From: Tubulanus polymorphus
Taxonomy: Eukaryota > Animalia > Nemertea
DNA: 64,000 nucleotides
NCBI RefSeq assembly: GCF_964204645.1
Contig: NC_134026.1
Location: forward strand, 1,077,950 to 1,141,949
Direction: 5' to 3'
Below are positions 30,840 through 45,800 of the stretch, piece by piece. The notes under the pieces were generated by a model. The model ran no database searches. It saw nothing but the letters and a program-made list of their open reading frames with translations, and was not told the DNA's origin. The first letter of the stretch is position 1; each line of letters starts with the position of its first letter. The position numbers and the translations under genes were made by a program.

Positions 30840-33800
30840 CTAGTAAACTTTAAAAGCGTCGGTGGAATGGTGGAATGTTTTTCTGGTTGTTGAAGAGGTC
30901 GATATATCTAATCAAGATGGTGAGTTATCTCTTGATTCTGATTCAGCAGAAGTGCTTCCTCCCATAGACCTCGGTTCATCTGCTTCCTCCCATAGACCTC
31001 CTCTCAGTTCATATATTACAAGTTAATACAGTTTTCATCATGACTGATGATCATCACTGGAAATGTTCTGCGAGTTTCTAAAACGCGCGGCGGCTTCGCT
31101 CGGGAGAGATCCGGCCGAGTAGACTCGTGTATTTCAGCTGTTCGTGTTAGTACCAGGTGGTATGATTTTATGGTCGGATTTTCACTATTTTATTGATAGT
31201 TTGTGTGTTTATTGATATTACGAGAGTGATTTTATTGATACTTGTCGTGTTTGTTTTGTTCGCTAACGATGCATAAATATCAATAACTATTATGTAAGAT
31301 TTACCCAGTGAACCTTCGCACCTTGCAAACCCCCATATCTCTCATTGTTATTAGTTTAATACCCGCATGATTTGATGTCATACTCTGAAATCCGGGTGAA
31401 CTTGGTATAATTTGTTTTATTTTCCTGAAAAGCTTTGTCCCATTATTATTTAGAGGCCATGCATATGGCTTCAGGTATTCCAGGGTAGAGACCCCTCGGC
31501 AGCCAAACATAACATTTTTCATAAAAGATTTATGATATTCCTTGTGACTCGCGTTCAGTTCCTTATGTCGGGAAATCACATCTCACTAAATTCTAGTTTT
31601 TGAGAATTTTCTAGGGAGTTCCCAACTGAACCAGTACCTTTCACCGCAAGCATGTACCCCCCTCCATTAACCTCCTCCTGGATCTGTCCCCGCACTTCAG
31701 CACCAAAAATGAGAATTGAGGAATTGAATTTGTATCATTCCCTTCTGGAGGTTGTTGCTCTAGTAGAATTCTACAGATATTCGCGAAAACTGCATAAAAA
31801 CGACCGCACTTTGTGTGTGTTGATTATAAAGCCGGTATTGAGTTCACTGTATATAAATCGAATGAAAAGAGTTTTGGATTTGAACGGATGTTTCTCTCTC
31901 TCTCTCTCCACATATCGATCATCTATTGTCCATAGCTGCGGTATACGAGCCATTGTACGGCGCGGGCGGGTTGGCGACGGGCCGGGTTACCACGACAGTG
32001 CAGTTCTCTCTAATCATACAGATCATCGATACTCGGCTTCACATATTTTCATTTCTACTGATAATAAAGCCTCGTATGAAAGGGTTACATATCTTGACGT
32101 GTCTCGTCTATTTTTCTCGATGTAATTCGATCGTGGAATTCGTCACTAATGTCGTGTTTTCGATTTTTAAAGTATATTTACACGATCCTCGCGAAATAAC
32201 TGCGTATTCATACGGTGACAAAACAACCGTTATTCCGACCTTTATCTCCGTATATCCTTCTACAATTTTAAAGTAACTTTATTCTCGCTATTCATCGCTA
32301 TGCTCTTTGCGTTTTGTCGTATAATCTTGGATTGATACGTTATTTAAAACGTTATGCATTCGCATTAGCTGAAAGTCTGTTCCGAAATGATCCGTGACAT
32401 TTTACGACGGACAAATTGAGACCGACCAAAAAATTCTCATTCCTCGCTTTATTTGCCTGTTAATCGCAGTGTTGCGTCTTGAGAGGCTCAGAGATAGTTC
32501 TCTGATTTAAAAATGAGTGTGAATGCGCAGCATTGGTCTGATCCATTATAAGTTAGTCTGTGCCAGGTACAGGCCAAATTAGAACGGACTGACTAGGACT
32601 AACTAGTGATAGTGCGAACTCCAAGACTCTTATTCAGAGTCTTCAGCTTTATTACACTGTGAGTCTGAGAAAAAGAACTCTTCTATTTAGCAGACTGATC
32701 ATAAAATCAGTCAGATTTGTTTACTGTTAGACTGTGAAGCACCACCTGAATTAAACGTAAACTCTCTCGGACTGTGTTATAACCTTCCGAAGATCCTTCA
32801 CCTAGGCCTAATTTAGCCAAATATTTCTTCTATTTATTCTTCACTTGAACCAAAAATTCCTCATAGCAGAGAGGGAGCAGAATGTTTTTGACAGTTTGTC
32901 GCGACACATTGTGATAAATCTGCTGAATGTTGTTATAAACAGAAATCAACAGAATGAAAGAAACGATTGTCTCAATTTATTTCTGTGTGCTTGGTTCTGA
33001 TAGAACGGAGGAAACCGGGACAATTTGGCAATTTTGAATCTCCTTATCAACTGGTGAAATTGTTGATGTCCCTGTCGTGTATGATGGTATCTGTTCATGA
33101 AGATCCCATTTCTATTTGGGAAAACTGAAAAAGTGCTCTGCATGAAATAATTGAGGATACTACTTGAGATTTGAATTTAAATAACTGTTAGAACAATGTA
33201 TATAGTTCCGATGGTTTTAGTTTTAATTTTTACCTCCAGACTTTGATTAGTTCCTTTCTCATAACTTCTCTAAAGTCAAACATATGGTTATTCATTAAGA
33301 TTCAGAATGCTCTGTTCAGAATTGAGATCGGTTGTTTTTATGGCTAATGTCCTATTTCTCATTTGTAAACGGGCTTTATTCGAATTTTACGACTACCGGG
33401 ATAGAAAGCTATATTAGCTCGAATCAATGTTTATTCAGTCGGGTTTATGACCTCCTGTACAAATTGTGAGAATAATGTGCAAAATAAATATTTATGCGTC
33501 AGGCATTTTGCACTGAATATTATAATGAGAAGTCGATTTTCATGTAACAAGCTTCAGTGATATGAAGATCAGTGAAATTGTATCAGATTCCTTGAATGGA
33601 ATATAAATGACTCCCGTGTGAAGAAATAGTGAGTGTTGTATCTGACACTTCCGAGGGTATTGTAAAAACTGCGCTCACTCGGTTCACACTATCACTGGCT
33701 AGTCCATTCTTATTTGACCCGTTTGTGGAATGTACCAATTTAGAAAGGACCAAATCAATGCTTAGTCTCCCTTGAAACAGAACGGACTGTTCGTTGGTGT

Positions 33801-36800
33801 AAATGCCCGCTCCAAATTGGAACCAACTGAATTTAGAACGTTTTAAATGATGAAGCGTGCGCATTGCTAGTGGTCGTTGAAGAATTATTATTATGAAGAA
33901 AAATAGTGCAAATATCTGTTAATATAAATGAATAAGTAATAATGAGTATTGTGTCAGAACCTGTCAGTCAATATCAATCAGTCACTGTGTTCGATCAATA
34001 ATCTATTGAAATAATCCATTGATTTGAGTGGAAATAATCCTCAGGATATTCATCGATTTCGCCGAACTGTCTGAATTATTATCGACGCCGCTACGTGTGA
34101 GATAGAATTAAATCAAATTTCTTACGTAACATCTAAGATTAGAAATACTCGTAAAGGTAACCGAAATGTGCTTTGATCAGTCGTGTGGCGAACATTCGAA
34201 TATTCGTCATCGGACTGGAAATCAACTCTACTGTAGCTTGTACAAATCTTGTCAAATCGAGTGTATAAATCGTTCCCTTCGCCCGCGGAATGGAGAATGT
34301 ATTTATATTGAATGTATATATCGTTCCTTCGCCCGCGGAATGGAGAATGTATTTATATCGAGTGTATATATCATTCCCTTCGCCCGCGGAATGGAGAATG
34401 TATTTATATTGAATGTATATATCGTTCCTTCGCCCGCGGAATGGTGAATGTATTTATATCGAGTGTATATATCGTTCCCTTCGCCCGCGGAATGGAGAAT
34501 GTATTTATATTGAATGTATATATCGTTCCTTCGCCCGCGGAATGGAGAATGTATTTATATCGAGTGTATATATTGTTCCCTTCGCCCGCGGAATGGAGAA
34601 TGTATTTATATTGAATGTATATATCGTTCCCTTCGCCCGCGGAATGGAGAATGTATTTATATCGAGTGTATATATCGTTCCCTTCGCCCGCGGAATGGAG
34701 AATGTATTTATATCGAGTGTATATATCGTTCCCTTCGCCCGCGGAATGGAGAATGTATTTATATCGAGTGTATATATTGTTCCCTTCGCCCGCGGAATGG
34801 AGAATGTATTTATATCGAGTGTATATATCGTTCCCTTCGCCCGCGGAATGGAGAATGTATTTATATCGAGTGTATATATCGTTCCCTTCGCCCGCGGAAT
34901 GGAGAATGTATTTATATTGAATGTATATATCGTTCCCTTCGCCCGCGGAATGGAGAATGTATTTATATCGAGTGTATATATCATTCCCTTCGCCCGCGGA
35001 ATGGAGAATGTATTAATATTGAATGTATATATCGTTCCCTTCGCCCGCGGAATGGAGAATGTATTTATATCGAGTGTATATATCGTTCCCTTCGCCCGCG
35101 GAATGGAGAATGTATTTATATTGAATGTATATATCGTTCCCTTCGCCCGCGGAATGGAGAATGTATTTATATCGAGTGTATATATCGTTCCCTTCGCCCG
35201 CGGAATGGAGAATGTATTTATATCGAATGTATATATCGTTCCCTTCGCCCGCGGAATGGAGAATGTATTTATATCGAGTGTATATATCGTTCCCTTCGCC
35301 CGCGGAATGGAGAATGTATTTATATTGAGTGTATATATCGTTCCCTTCGCCCGCGGAATGGAGAATGTATTTATATCGAGTGTATATATCGTTCCCTTCG
35401 CCCGCGGAATGGAGAATGTATTTATATTGAATACCGTGTGACGTATGATTCTGTATAGAACGCTAAAAACAAATGATTTTGTTTAACGTGAATCAATGTT
35501 TTATAGGGAGTTACCTGAACGTCTGTCTGTCTGCTCGTCTGCTCGTCGTAGCTCGATACTGTTTGTTACTAATCATTTATGGAGACGTTTTTCCAGTTGA
35601 AATCGATGTCGTATTTCGTTCGTAAAATGTAAGATAATTGGTGACCGATATATTCACTGGTATCGATCTCTTATTTTCAGTCAGTTTCTAATGCATCTCT
35701 CATCACAGGTCTCACACGTGTGAACACTGATTCAGGTTTCACCTTCATCAAATTGACTAAAATTCACATTTTTGTCATCGTGGATCGATAATCTTCATTC
35801 CTGCTCGATTTCCTCAGCAGCAATGTTGTCTAAAAATGTTTCTTGAGACAATTCCCCAAAAACAGCTAAGTCTGGATTGTGAAACTGATTATCTAGGCCT
35901 AATGAATTCAGAATCCTAATGAATTCAGAATGGACCAATTTAGACCGATTAAAAAGGCTGATCTGAATTTTAGGACCATTTTTCTGTGTGTGAAACTTTG
36001 CATTAATTGCCTGTAAATCTCAGTGTTGAGTCTAACTGGACCAGCGATAACAGGTGTTTTGAAGACATGCATATTGATTGGGTCCATTTTAGTTTGGTCC
36101 GTTCCAGGTTCGGCAAATACAATGTAGAACCAGGGAGGTTTCGCTCAGGGAGGTTTCGCTCGGGGAGGTTTCGCTCGGGGAGGTTTCGCTCGGGGAGGTT
36201 TCGCTCGGGGAGGTTTCGCTCGGGGAGGTTTCGCTCGGGGAGGTTTCGCTCAGGGAGGTTTCGCTCAGGGAGGTTTCGCCAGGGAGGTTTCGCTCAGGGA
36301 GGTTTCCTCAGGGAGGTTTCGCTCAGGTAGGTTTCGCTCAGGTAGGTTTCGCTCAGGGAGGTTTCGCTCAGGGAGGTTTCGCTCAGGGAGGTTTCGCTCA
36401 GGGAGGTTTCGCTCAGGGTAGGTTTCGCTCGGGGAGGTTTCGCTCGGGGAGGTTTCGCTCGGGGAGGTTTCGCTCGGGGAGGTTTCGCTCGGGGAGGTTT
36501 CGCTCGGGGAGGTTTCGCTCGGGGAGGTTTCGCTCAGGGAGGTTTCGCTCAGAGTGCAGCTCTGGTCTTGGTCTACATTTCTCTGTAGTTGTCATCATAT
36601 ACACGTCTAGAAATGACTCCCTGACTCCAAATTCAATGTTCAGAAGAAGTGAATAGAAACGACAGAGATTACTGTTACACTTGTTCTTCAGACGAAACTA
36701 ATCGGTTCCGTTTTACCTCCGCATATTGTTATAAATAATAGAATATGAACATTGGACGGGACGGATCTATTGTTGGACTGGCCGGATCTATTGTTGGATT

Positions 36801-39800
36801 GGACGGATCTATTGTTGCGATCGTACAGTTTATAACCCGGGTATGAGATGATGAGAAGAGAATGAATGATATATGGAGTCATAGATTGCCTAACATCGGT
36901 TCATCGGAAATCGATACGAAGTCATTGACGACTATTTAGTTGAACTAATTGTTGCTATTCGTTATACGTTCTTGACCACTGGGGACTAATTAGATAAATT
37001 GTCTTCACGTCAATGACATACGCTCTGCTAGGAGGAGTGTTGGCGACCGAGGCTATTATAACGTGAATGTTACTGTCACATTCACGAGTTGTTGAATAGC
37101 TCTTTAATGAAATCGAACTCTTTAGACATTGCGTAATAACGTACTGTAGATATCCTAGATATCCACGACGTGAAGTAAATTCAATGGTTGAATCGTGTTA
37201 CAGTAAATAGTATCAATATGGATTATTTTACTGAAAATGTCAATTTTTTCTACCCCGTAATTTCCTTCGTCGATTCTAGTTTTTATGCCTCTTCTCGTGA
37301 TGTCAATAATAGCAGACAAAAGAATTATGAATACTCTGACATTTCAAGCCGGAGAATGCTGGTACGCGAGGAGGATTGTTATTTATTTTTTCAGAGATTT
37401 AAACCAGCGATGGTTCATATATCGCCGGTATAATGTTCCTATTATCATGTTGTGTTAAAACCATCTGGTAAAATGTGTGCAGTTTTTCTGTGTTATGTTT
37501 TGAAGTCGTACACCTGGATAAGATGTAACGTGTATCCTACCTCCTCTACCTCCTCTAGCCCCTCTACCTCCTCTACCTCCTCTACCTCCTCTAGCCCCTC
37601 TACCTCCTCTATCTCCTCTATCTCCTCTACCCCCTCTACCTCCTCTACCCCCTCTACCCCCCTCTACCCCCTCTACCTCCTCTACCTCCTCGGTATCAGT
37701 TTTTATCATACATAACTCAATGATTGTGAAATTTATACGGATGATCAGTTTCTCAATGGTTGGTTAATCATTTGACATACCAGCAATTGAAAGACTCAAA
37801 ATCTAAGGTTAAGTTCATTTTTGTGACACATTGATAACTGGTATGCCAAGTAACCCATTGTATAGACACTTATAAGGCTGCAGGTTTTGCAGTTGCTGAA
37901 ACAATAGTAATAATGATAATAGTATATTTATTTATCAATATATGTACAAGATTTTTATAAATGATTTTTACAATTAAAAGTTCATTGTTACCATTGTATT
38001 TGTATCTAGAAATTATCTTTTTATTTTTCCCGTGTAAATCTGACGCGCATATTTGTTTCAAGAAAAGTAATTTAATTTTTGCTGACAAGGAAAATTACTC
38101 AGCTCTTTCTAAGTTTCTAACACCAGGACTGTTCGCTTCGCTTTCTGAAAAAATGTCGTCTGCAGAAGATTTCATCGGTTTATCTGTACTGGGTGTATTA
38201 TCAGTAGAGGTTATCAGTCAATTGATGTGGACATTCCAGTACCGCACATTACAGTAATTTAAAACATGCGATTGTCCATTGAGAATGTGACTGGAATTTC
38301 TAGTTGCGCCGTCCACTGGCGATAACTACTGTTATCACATATCGGAGGTATTGTCAGAAATAGCCGTTCGCGGATGCCTGCGATTGATTCGCGCGACTTT
38401 TAAGTCTCGATTACCGACTGATAGAACAACGGCAAAAATGTCTGCGATCGATCTGTAAATGATCGCTCTCTCCGGTCTCGCTGCAGGTCCGGTCTTAATA
38501 CATAACTATACAATACATCATAGTGATAATACATCGATTATATGGGGAAAACACGTCCTGCTCCGGTCTGCAATTTCGAACTGAAGTAACTTTTTCATTA
38601 GCGTTACTTTCCATCCACTCGATAGCGGTCATCTTGAACGCGTACTCAAGTGCGGTTCTATTGCGGAAATATTTACCGGTCGCGTTGTTTGATAAATCTA
38701 GAACCGCCTGAATGAACCACCAGAACTCTAGGTTTCAGTAAATATTGCAATGATCGCAGTGCGTGACGTGTTTCAATTTCCTGAACGTTTCTGTCTTATT
38801 TTGACGTCGATGTTATTTCACCTGTCACGATTTGTTACAATTACATTTAGTTTGAGTCACATTCTGTAAATACACAATTTATTCTCTTCCGATTTCATTT
38901 TTTTGACAACATAAAAATCATTAAAAGAATTCTATAATGCATGTCGCGTGCGAGTTTATGTGCACTGTGTCCTCAATATCGGGGCTCGTGATTGCTGGTG
39001 GAGTTAATCCAATTCTGACCTGGAAAACCTGGAAAACTCGGGGAATCAGAAAAAGCTAGAAAATACGTGAATGAATGAATCGTAACATTTACACCTAGAA
39101 CTCTCTGATTCACTCGAGGATTTTGTGGAAAAATCTGGGCGAACTTTTAGGGATTTGTAAATTTTCAACAATTTGTGAAATGTAATTTTTGGTTAGTTAG
39201 TCGTTTAGTTTGAAATGATATGAATCGATACTCTACAGAATCTACCGCGATCAAAACTTACGTTCCACGGTGCATTTTTTTGTTCTCATAAACTGTTGCT
39301 GATTTGATAAACTCTTCTGTTTCTATCTTTATCGGAAACTGCTGGTAAATGTTTGACTAAGCGTTTTACCTGCAGTAGAAACTCGTCGGTTCGTAAGCCT
39401 AGTTAATACCAGTCTAGCCTGTATATAGACTGTAAGATCGCCGTCGATCAGACCCTCAGTTATCAGTCAGCAGGGGCTGTGTTTGTACAAAAAATAGAAA
39501 TCGTTACTCTGGCATTTGGTTGTTATTAATTCTTGATCTATTAGCTCCATTAGAACAATAGCTCAATGTCCACTGCGGTGGCAATCGTGTTATCCCCTGT
39601 AGTTTAACAGTTCGATAGCAACCACATTGAAAACCGTCCGAAGTCGTTTCGCGATGCAGTATCTGATATTGCGATATCGCGCTCAAATCTGTCATGAAAA
39701 ATTTAACTGATTGAAATAAAGAAACCAGCGAAACTACAAGCGAATGTCAACTCTTTAACGTCATAATACGGTTGCTTTTGCTTGCGATCTTCCAAATTTC

Positions 39801-42800
39801 TCAAAAATTCTGGCAATAGATTCTGTGTAATAATCTATCTGTGAGCATTGAGGGTATAGCATTCTATCGAGGTTTGAGGTTTAGAACGATGAGGGCCCAG
39901 TGCAGAAAACTAGCAGATTTTTGAGGAGGAGTCAATGTTCCTGTTGCTTGTACTTAGTTTTATATTGAAATGTGTATGTGTCTGTGAAGTGATGTATTGC
40001 TATACCGAGACGAGTATGATTGAGATCAGGTTAGAGGCAGTGAGGTTATTAACTGTACGAATAGCCGATAGAATACGAAACCGTGTGATTCTGATTTTGC
40101 TGAATATCAGGGATAACTGATAGAGAGAGAGAGAGAAAGAGTTGATTGTTCCCCGGTGACACTGACTGATACGTCTCATCTCCCTCAGGATTGTCTATTT
40201 AATCACACCGTGATCAACAGTTTCAGCTGAATTCACAGTTTTATCCCTCTCTACGAGGGACAATCAGTTTATCTGTTGATTGTCGTTTTCGCTGATAGCG
40301 AGAGGAATATTCCTACTGTTTACTTTTTATTATCATTGACCAGAAGGTTTCTGGCTCGGCTCCAGTTCTGACATAACTGGAGGCTTAACATTCATCATTC
40401 ACAACATCACTGGTTACGATTGGTAGAACACTATATCCGTGTTGACGCGATGAGGAGAGAATCCCACAATGATAATAAAAAGTCCGAAAATGAAACTTCG
40501 AGATTTCAACCTTTATTTCAACGTTTCGACTATATCCTAATAGTCATCTTCAGGAATAATTCCTGATAATAATTCAGTTTATTCCTGAAGATGACTATTA
40601 GGATATAGTCGAAACGTTGAAATAAACTACTATCTCGAAGTTTCATTTTCGGACTTTTTATTATCATTGTGGGATTCTCTCCTCATCACTGGTTAGTCCA
40701 TTACCTGAAATGGACCAATTTAGAAAGGACCAATTCAGTGCTGTGCGTTCACACATGTTTTTTAAATCCGCTGTTGGTCCAGCTAGATTCAACGCTGTGA
40801 TTGTCAGGCAAAATAGTTTACACAAAGAAATGGTTCATTCTAAAATTCAGAACAGACTTGGATCGTCTTTTGGTCAGTGGAACAGACTTTTTTGCTAGAG
40901 TGAACGCTGGACCCCTTATTAATTGGATTTAAAATCTTGACCATTATAAGTAATTCTAAATAATGCAGTGCGAATGCAGCATATTTCATTTGTAATCTTT
41001 TGTCGATACCTGATAAAGAAAGTACCACGCTTTCAATTAATTGGCTTCACACTGCAGTATAGGTGAAGTCTTCAGATGACTAAACAGTCATAAAAAGCCA
41101 GAAGTACCGAGCTGACTTCAATAAAAAACCATCGCATTATGCCGTACCTTTTAACTGATATCGTTTAAGTAGGTTCCAATCGAAGGGTAATGAGTAGATT
41201 ACTAATTAGTACAGACTCATAACTGCCCGCCCGAACTGATGCAGGTTTTAATATTCATAAATAATAGGACAGCTGTAACACAGAAACGCCGGTCATTAAT
41301 CTATCTATTGATGATCAGATGAAGTTTTGTGAAGATGTTACCGGTAACACGTGTCTACGCGATTGTTATAGATACACGATGAATTAGTAGATATTAGAAT
41401 ATATCGATATAGGGCCTCGTAGATCGAAAACAGGCGAATAAAATAATGAGCAACCATCGACTTAAAAATGCTAGAGCATCATTAGTAAAACACTACACAC
41501 ATAGATCAGTCTCTTCGGTCTCTTGTTTGTTTCACGATGATTTCATGAATAAGAATAATTGCTCATTACCCGAGCGTCCGGTCGACGCTCATCGCGATCA
41601 GTTGCTCATTTTACGGCCAGTATTTCCTCGTTTTACTCACAATCGTAGCTGATTAAATGATTTTTGGTTTCAGCTCGGGCGCGTGTGGAGTAATTTTGCC
41701 ACAGGTCACACACGACAGTAATATTTTACTACGAATGAATCATCATCGTTAATGTGTCTCTTCAGGCGTTGTTTTAATGATGTCATATCAGTATTTCATT
41801 GTTTTTTATCTCATTTTTGATTCGATGTATTTAAAAGATGATATCGCTATAACAGGGATGCATCGAGATTATCACTCTAGCGCTGATACTCATCGATGAA
41901 CACAGTTTAGATATAAAAATAAACATCCCCCCCAAATTCTCACGTTACATTTGAAGGTGGTAAAATTTCAAAATTTTCTGGGAGGGATACCTACAACCCA
42001 TCGGCAGTACTCCGCATCCCCTCCTGCTAAACACTCGTATTATTATGAACTTATGACCATCGTTGATGGTAGATTTAATTTTTCATTGCCCCGTAGATGC
42101 ACCCTACACATCTCTACCCCTTCAGGCGCAGCAGTCTAAATCAATAGGCCGAACACACATGAACCCAAATTATCTTCTCTAATATATTGATATGGTTACT
42201 GTAACTGTTCTTCTAATGGAATGTTTGTAGATGTCATTTGTACAGTTCATCTGTCACTAACAGCTTTTAGATGTTTGACGAGGCATCGAAAGAAGAATCT
42301 GTAGGGAACCGATATCTGACCTGTCCACCCGACCTGTCCACCCGACCTGTCCACCTGACCTGTCCACGGTCAAGGCTTTCTGATAAACTTGCTACTGCGG
42401 GAAAGTTCTCTGAGATGTCAAGCACAATCCTGTATATGGTTCCACTGTTTAAACCAGTATTGTTGAAACATGTTGCTGCTTAATGGAATCTTATAAACTC
42501 CTCTTGCACTATAGCCAGGATAAAGCAAAATTTACTAACAATTTTCATATTTAACAAATGTGCCTTTTCAATGATCAATAATGCCCGTAAATGTGTCTCA
42601 TGACCTTCAAAAGTAAGCCTCAGGTCCGCTCTTATGGGGACAATGGTCCGGACCACAGAGACTACCCCTTAAATATATACTATGTATTAATAAAATTGCA
42701 TTTTGTATAATTTCAGAGATTTAAGTGATAATGATATAGAATCAATAACACCGGGAGCGTTTAACTCATTGGATAACCTCGTTAAACTGTAAGTATTATA

Positions 42801-45800
42801 AATCAATCTCTCTACTATCAAACTGCCAAATATTTTTAACATCTGTTTTCTTGCCCCCAGTCTACGTACAGCGCCACGAGCAAGGCGGGTCTGCATTTTT
42901 AAGACATTTTTTTACGATCGCAAGTTCGTAAATAATGAATAAAAAACATGCATTTTCAGTGTACGCCCAGTTGAGGTGGGAGGGGATTCGATTCTACTAG
43001 AAATATACTCCTAGAGGTTCAACAAATCTATTAACACTAACGACTCCTAAATTAAACGGATTTCATTAAATCGAACAGAACATTTTTAAATACATCATAA
43101 TATAATTGTGTAGGGATATCAGTATGCATGCATACCGGTTATGTAGCATAATGCTAGAAAACATGTGAACAACTAGAAATTTGCTGGTACGATTCTTGTC
43201 GGGTCATTGCTGAGGGTTACAATAATTTTCTATTATGCGACTCGCGGACCCCTACTTTCTTAATCAAAATATTTCTCCTAGTTTTCCATAACTCGCCGTG
43301 AACGTGAATGAATAGCTCTGCGGAGTTCTGCGCAGTTCACGTGTATTCGTTATGCGTTGAATATTGTATTCTATAAAGTACTAATAATAAAACCGCGAGG
43401 TTAAATGGGTACATAATTGAAAGCTCATAACGTAAGATCTGTATGAAACTGTCAGTTCTAACACCGGGAGTCTCTTTCCAGACCAGTGTGCCGTGACCTA
43501 GCTTGCTTAGTTTTTATAACCGCCGCCCAGGTGGCCCTGCGTAAACCAGACTTCCTCATCCCCGGGTTTAAATGCCTGATTGTTTTCATAAATCTTGACT
43601 TCGTGTATTAAACCTCCTTGCATTTCATACGTCAATTAATTCTCTGAATAAAAATCTAAACGATATTTTGCGAAAAAGAATATAGAATTTTTAAACGAAG
43701 ACTCAAAAGTTGCACGGATGTGGCATGGTTCATAGCGTGCCTCAGAATTGCTCAAAAGTGAGCACTTACATTTTACAAGTTCCAAAACTTTACTTTAGAC
43801 TTTGGTTTTCCAAAATTATTTTTTTTACATTGTGTTATTGACAATGATGATTAGAAGTGGTGGTCTTAAATGATAAGAAAAACTGTCACTTTTACCTCGC
43901 TAAAAATGCTTAATTTTTACTATAAAAAATCGCTTAAAAGTCCTCAATTCTGTCACAGCCTTTCTACTGTTGAACCCTGTTTGAGTATTATTTCATTTTA
44001 TGATGATTAAACTCTGAGTCAAATGTGAACCCACAACTGTAGAACCTGATTCAAATTGGTAAATTTGATCCTCTATACCTTAATTTTGAGTTGATTTTAC
44101 CTGAAAAATTTTGAATTCGCAAACGAAACTGCCATTGAATTCTTGTAATGGAAACTGATTCGCCGATATTATTTGGAGAAAACTTTTAATTTTGAAAGAG
44201 AAATCGTCAGTGGTTTTTATATATAAGTAATATATACACGAGTGTGACGATGCGAAGTAAACGTGAACCACGCCCTGTTAATGATCATTAGGCAATCGCC
44301 CTGTTAATGATCATTAGGCAATTTAACTCCACAGTCAGAAGATAACCTAAGATTGCACTCAGTCATTTCACGCGTTAATCGATCTTATCGATCTCAAAAA
44401 TAAAACTCTACACGAAAATGAATAACATTTCGACGACGACGATATTAGTTCGTCGTTGTGCGTCGCCTGAAACGCTGTTTTCGAAAACGGGAAGCAACTC
44501 GCCCGGAGACAATCGAAATTCGTAAAATTCATACAACGCGGAAGATTGAATATGTTTTTAAAAATCGACTATAATTCGTGTAATTGATGTTAGTGTATTT
44601 CACCCGCCAGGTATTATATGCGTTATTTCTGCGTAATTCGATTTCGTTCGCCGCGTCGCGTCGTATGCCTCGCATCTTGAAAGTCATCCGACGCCCGAAA
44701 GAAGCCGATGAAATGGTTTTTTGGAACAGTAGTTAGTCATGTTCTGTATCGTATGATTTTAGCTGCCTTCACGCACCGTTTGACTGACTAGTATTATCTA
44801 ATTATAAGAAGGCTTTTGATCGTGTATAGTTTGCTAAGAATATCGCGAAACCTATCGATAAGTCGTGCTGCTCATTTAGATCTGAGCGTATAATATGATG
44901 AAGTAAGGCTCGATGAGAATCTGTATGAGTGTACTTGATGTACTTCTAACCATTTCGATGCATCATTTCGATCAGTAACGATGACGGCTTAATTCCTGAC
45001 TTTTGCTTCTTTTGTCACGGAACTAATTTATAAATTGACTATTAACCCATTCATAGAATATTCATCGGAATTAACGCTAGCTCGCGCGGAGCAGGCCTTC
45101 GGGTTTTAAAATCAAATCTAGTAGGAATTTTGTCAGTCTTATGACGAGAACACGCTGCCAATCTGTCAGCAATACGGATCCTGAACACTCACGCAAACCC
45201 TTCATTAATGATGAAAATAGCAAATCTCATTTAGTTTTACATCAATTATGAATTTCCCTCGTGTAACAAAGAGAGAGATTACAGTTTCAGATCTCTAAAT
45301 GTTGTTTGAGTTTTCAGATGAATCCATCTGATGAAATCTCGATGTTTAATCGCTGATATTCCGCGCGATATTTTGACGGATCTTATTTTATGATTTTCTC
45401 GTCTAGACCGAGGCTCAGACCGAGTCGGCGAGATTTCACTGATTTTACCGATAATTGTCGCAAATTGTGCAAATATCTGATCGAAAGATGTCAGCGAAAT
45501 ATGTTTGATGTCTTTTCAGGGATCTATCGAGCAATAGGCTTAAAAACATCAGTCGTCCAATGTTTGAAGGCTTGAAAAAACTAACTAGATTGTAAGTATA
45601 ACTGATTCTTCATAGCCACGTTCACACGTTTTTAGAACGGTCTGAATCTAGTCCGTCCCAAACAGACCAAGCTGGTGAAAAGTCCATTCCCAAATTGGTC
45701 CTTTCCATTTCAAACATTTTTGACTGAACTGAAAGACCAATCCAGATCCATCAACATTTCAGAGCTGACCATTTCTCTGTGTTTGAATAGAAACCGTCAT

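Noticed and set aside
34256-35432. CRISPR-like array or long repetitive proteins (ORFs of 314 and 342 aa)
   Set aside because: There are no unique spacers and no cas genes, and the context is a eukaryotic intron. The ORFs arise because the 51-bp unit is a multiple of 3.
37452-37715. RGG-repeat and Ser-Thr ORFs
   Set aside because: Translations of the 9-bp simple repeat.
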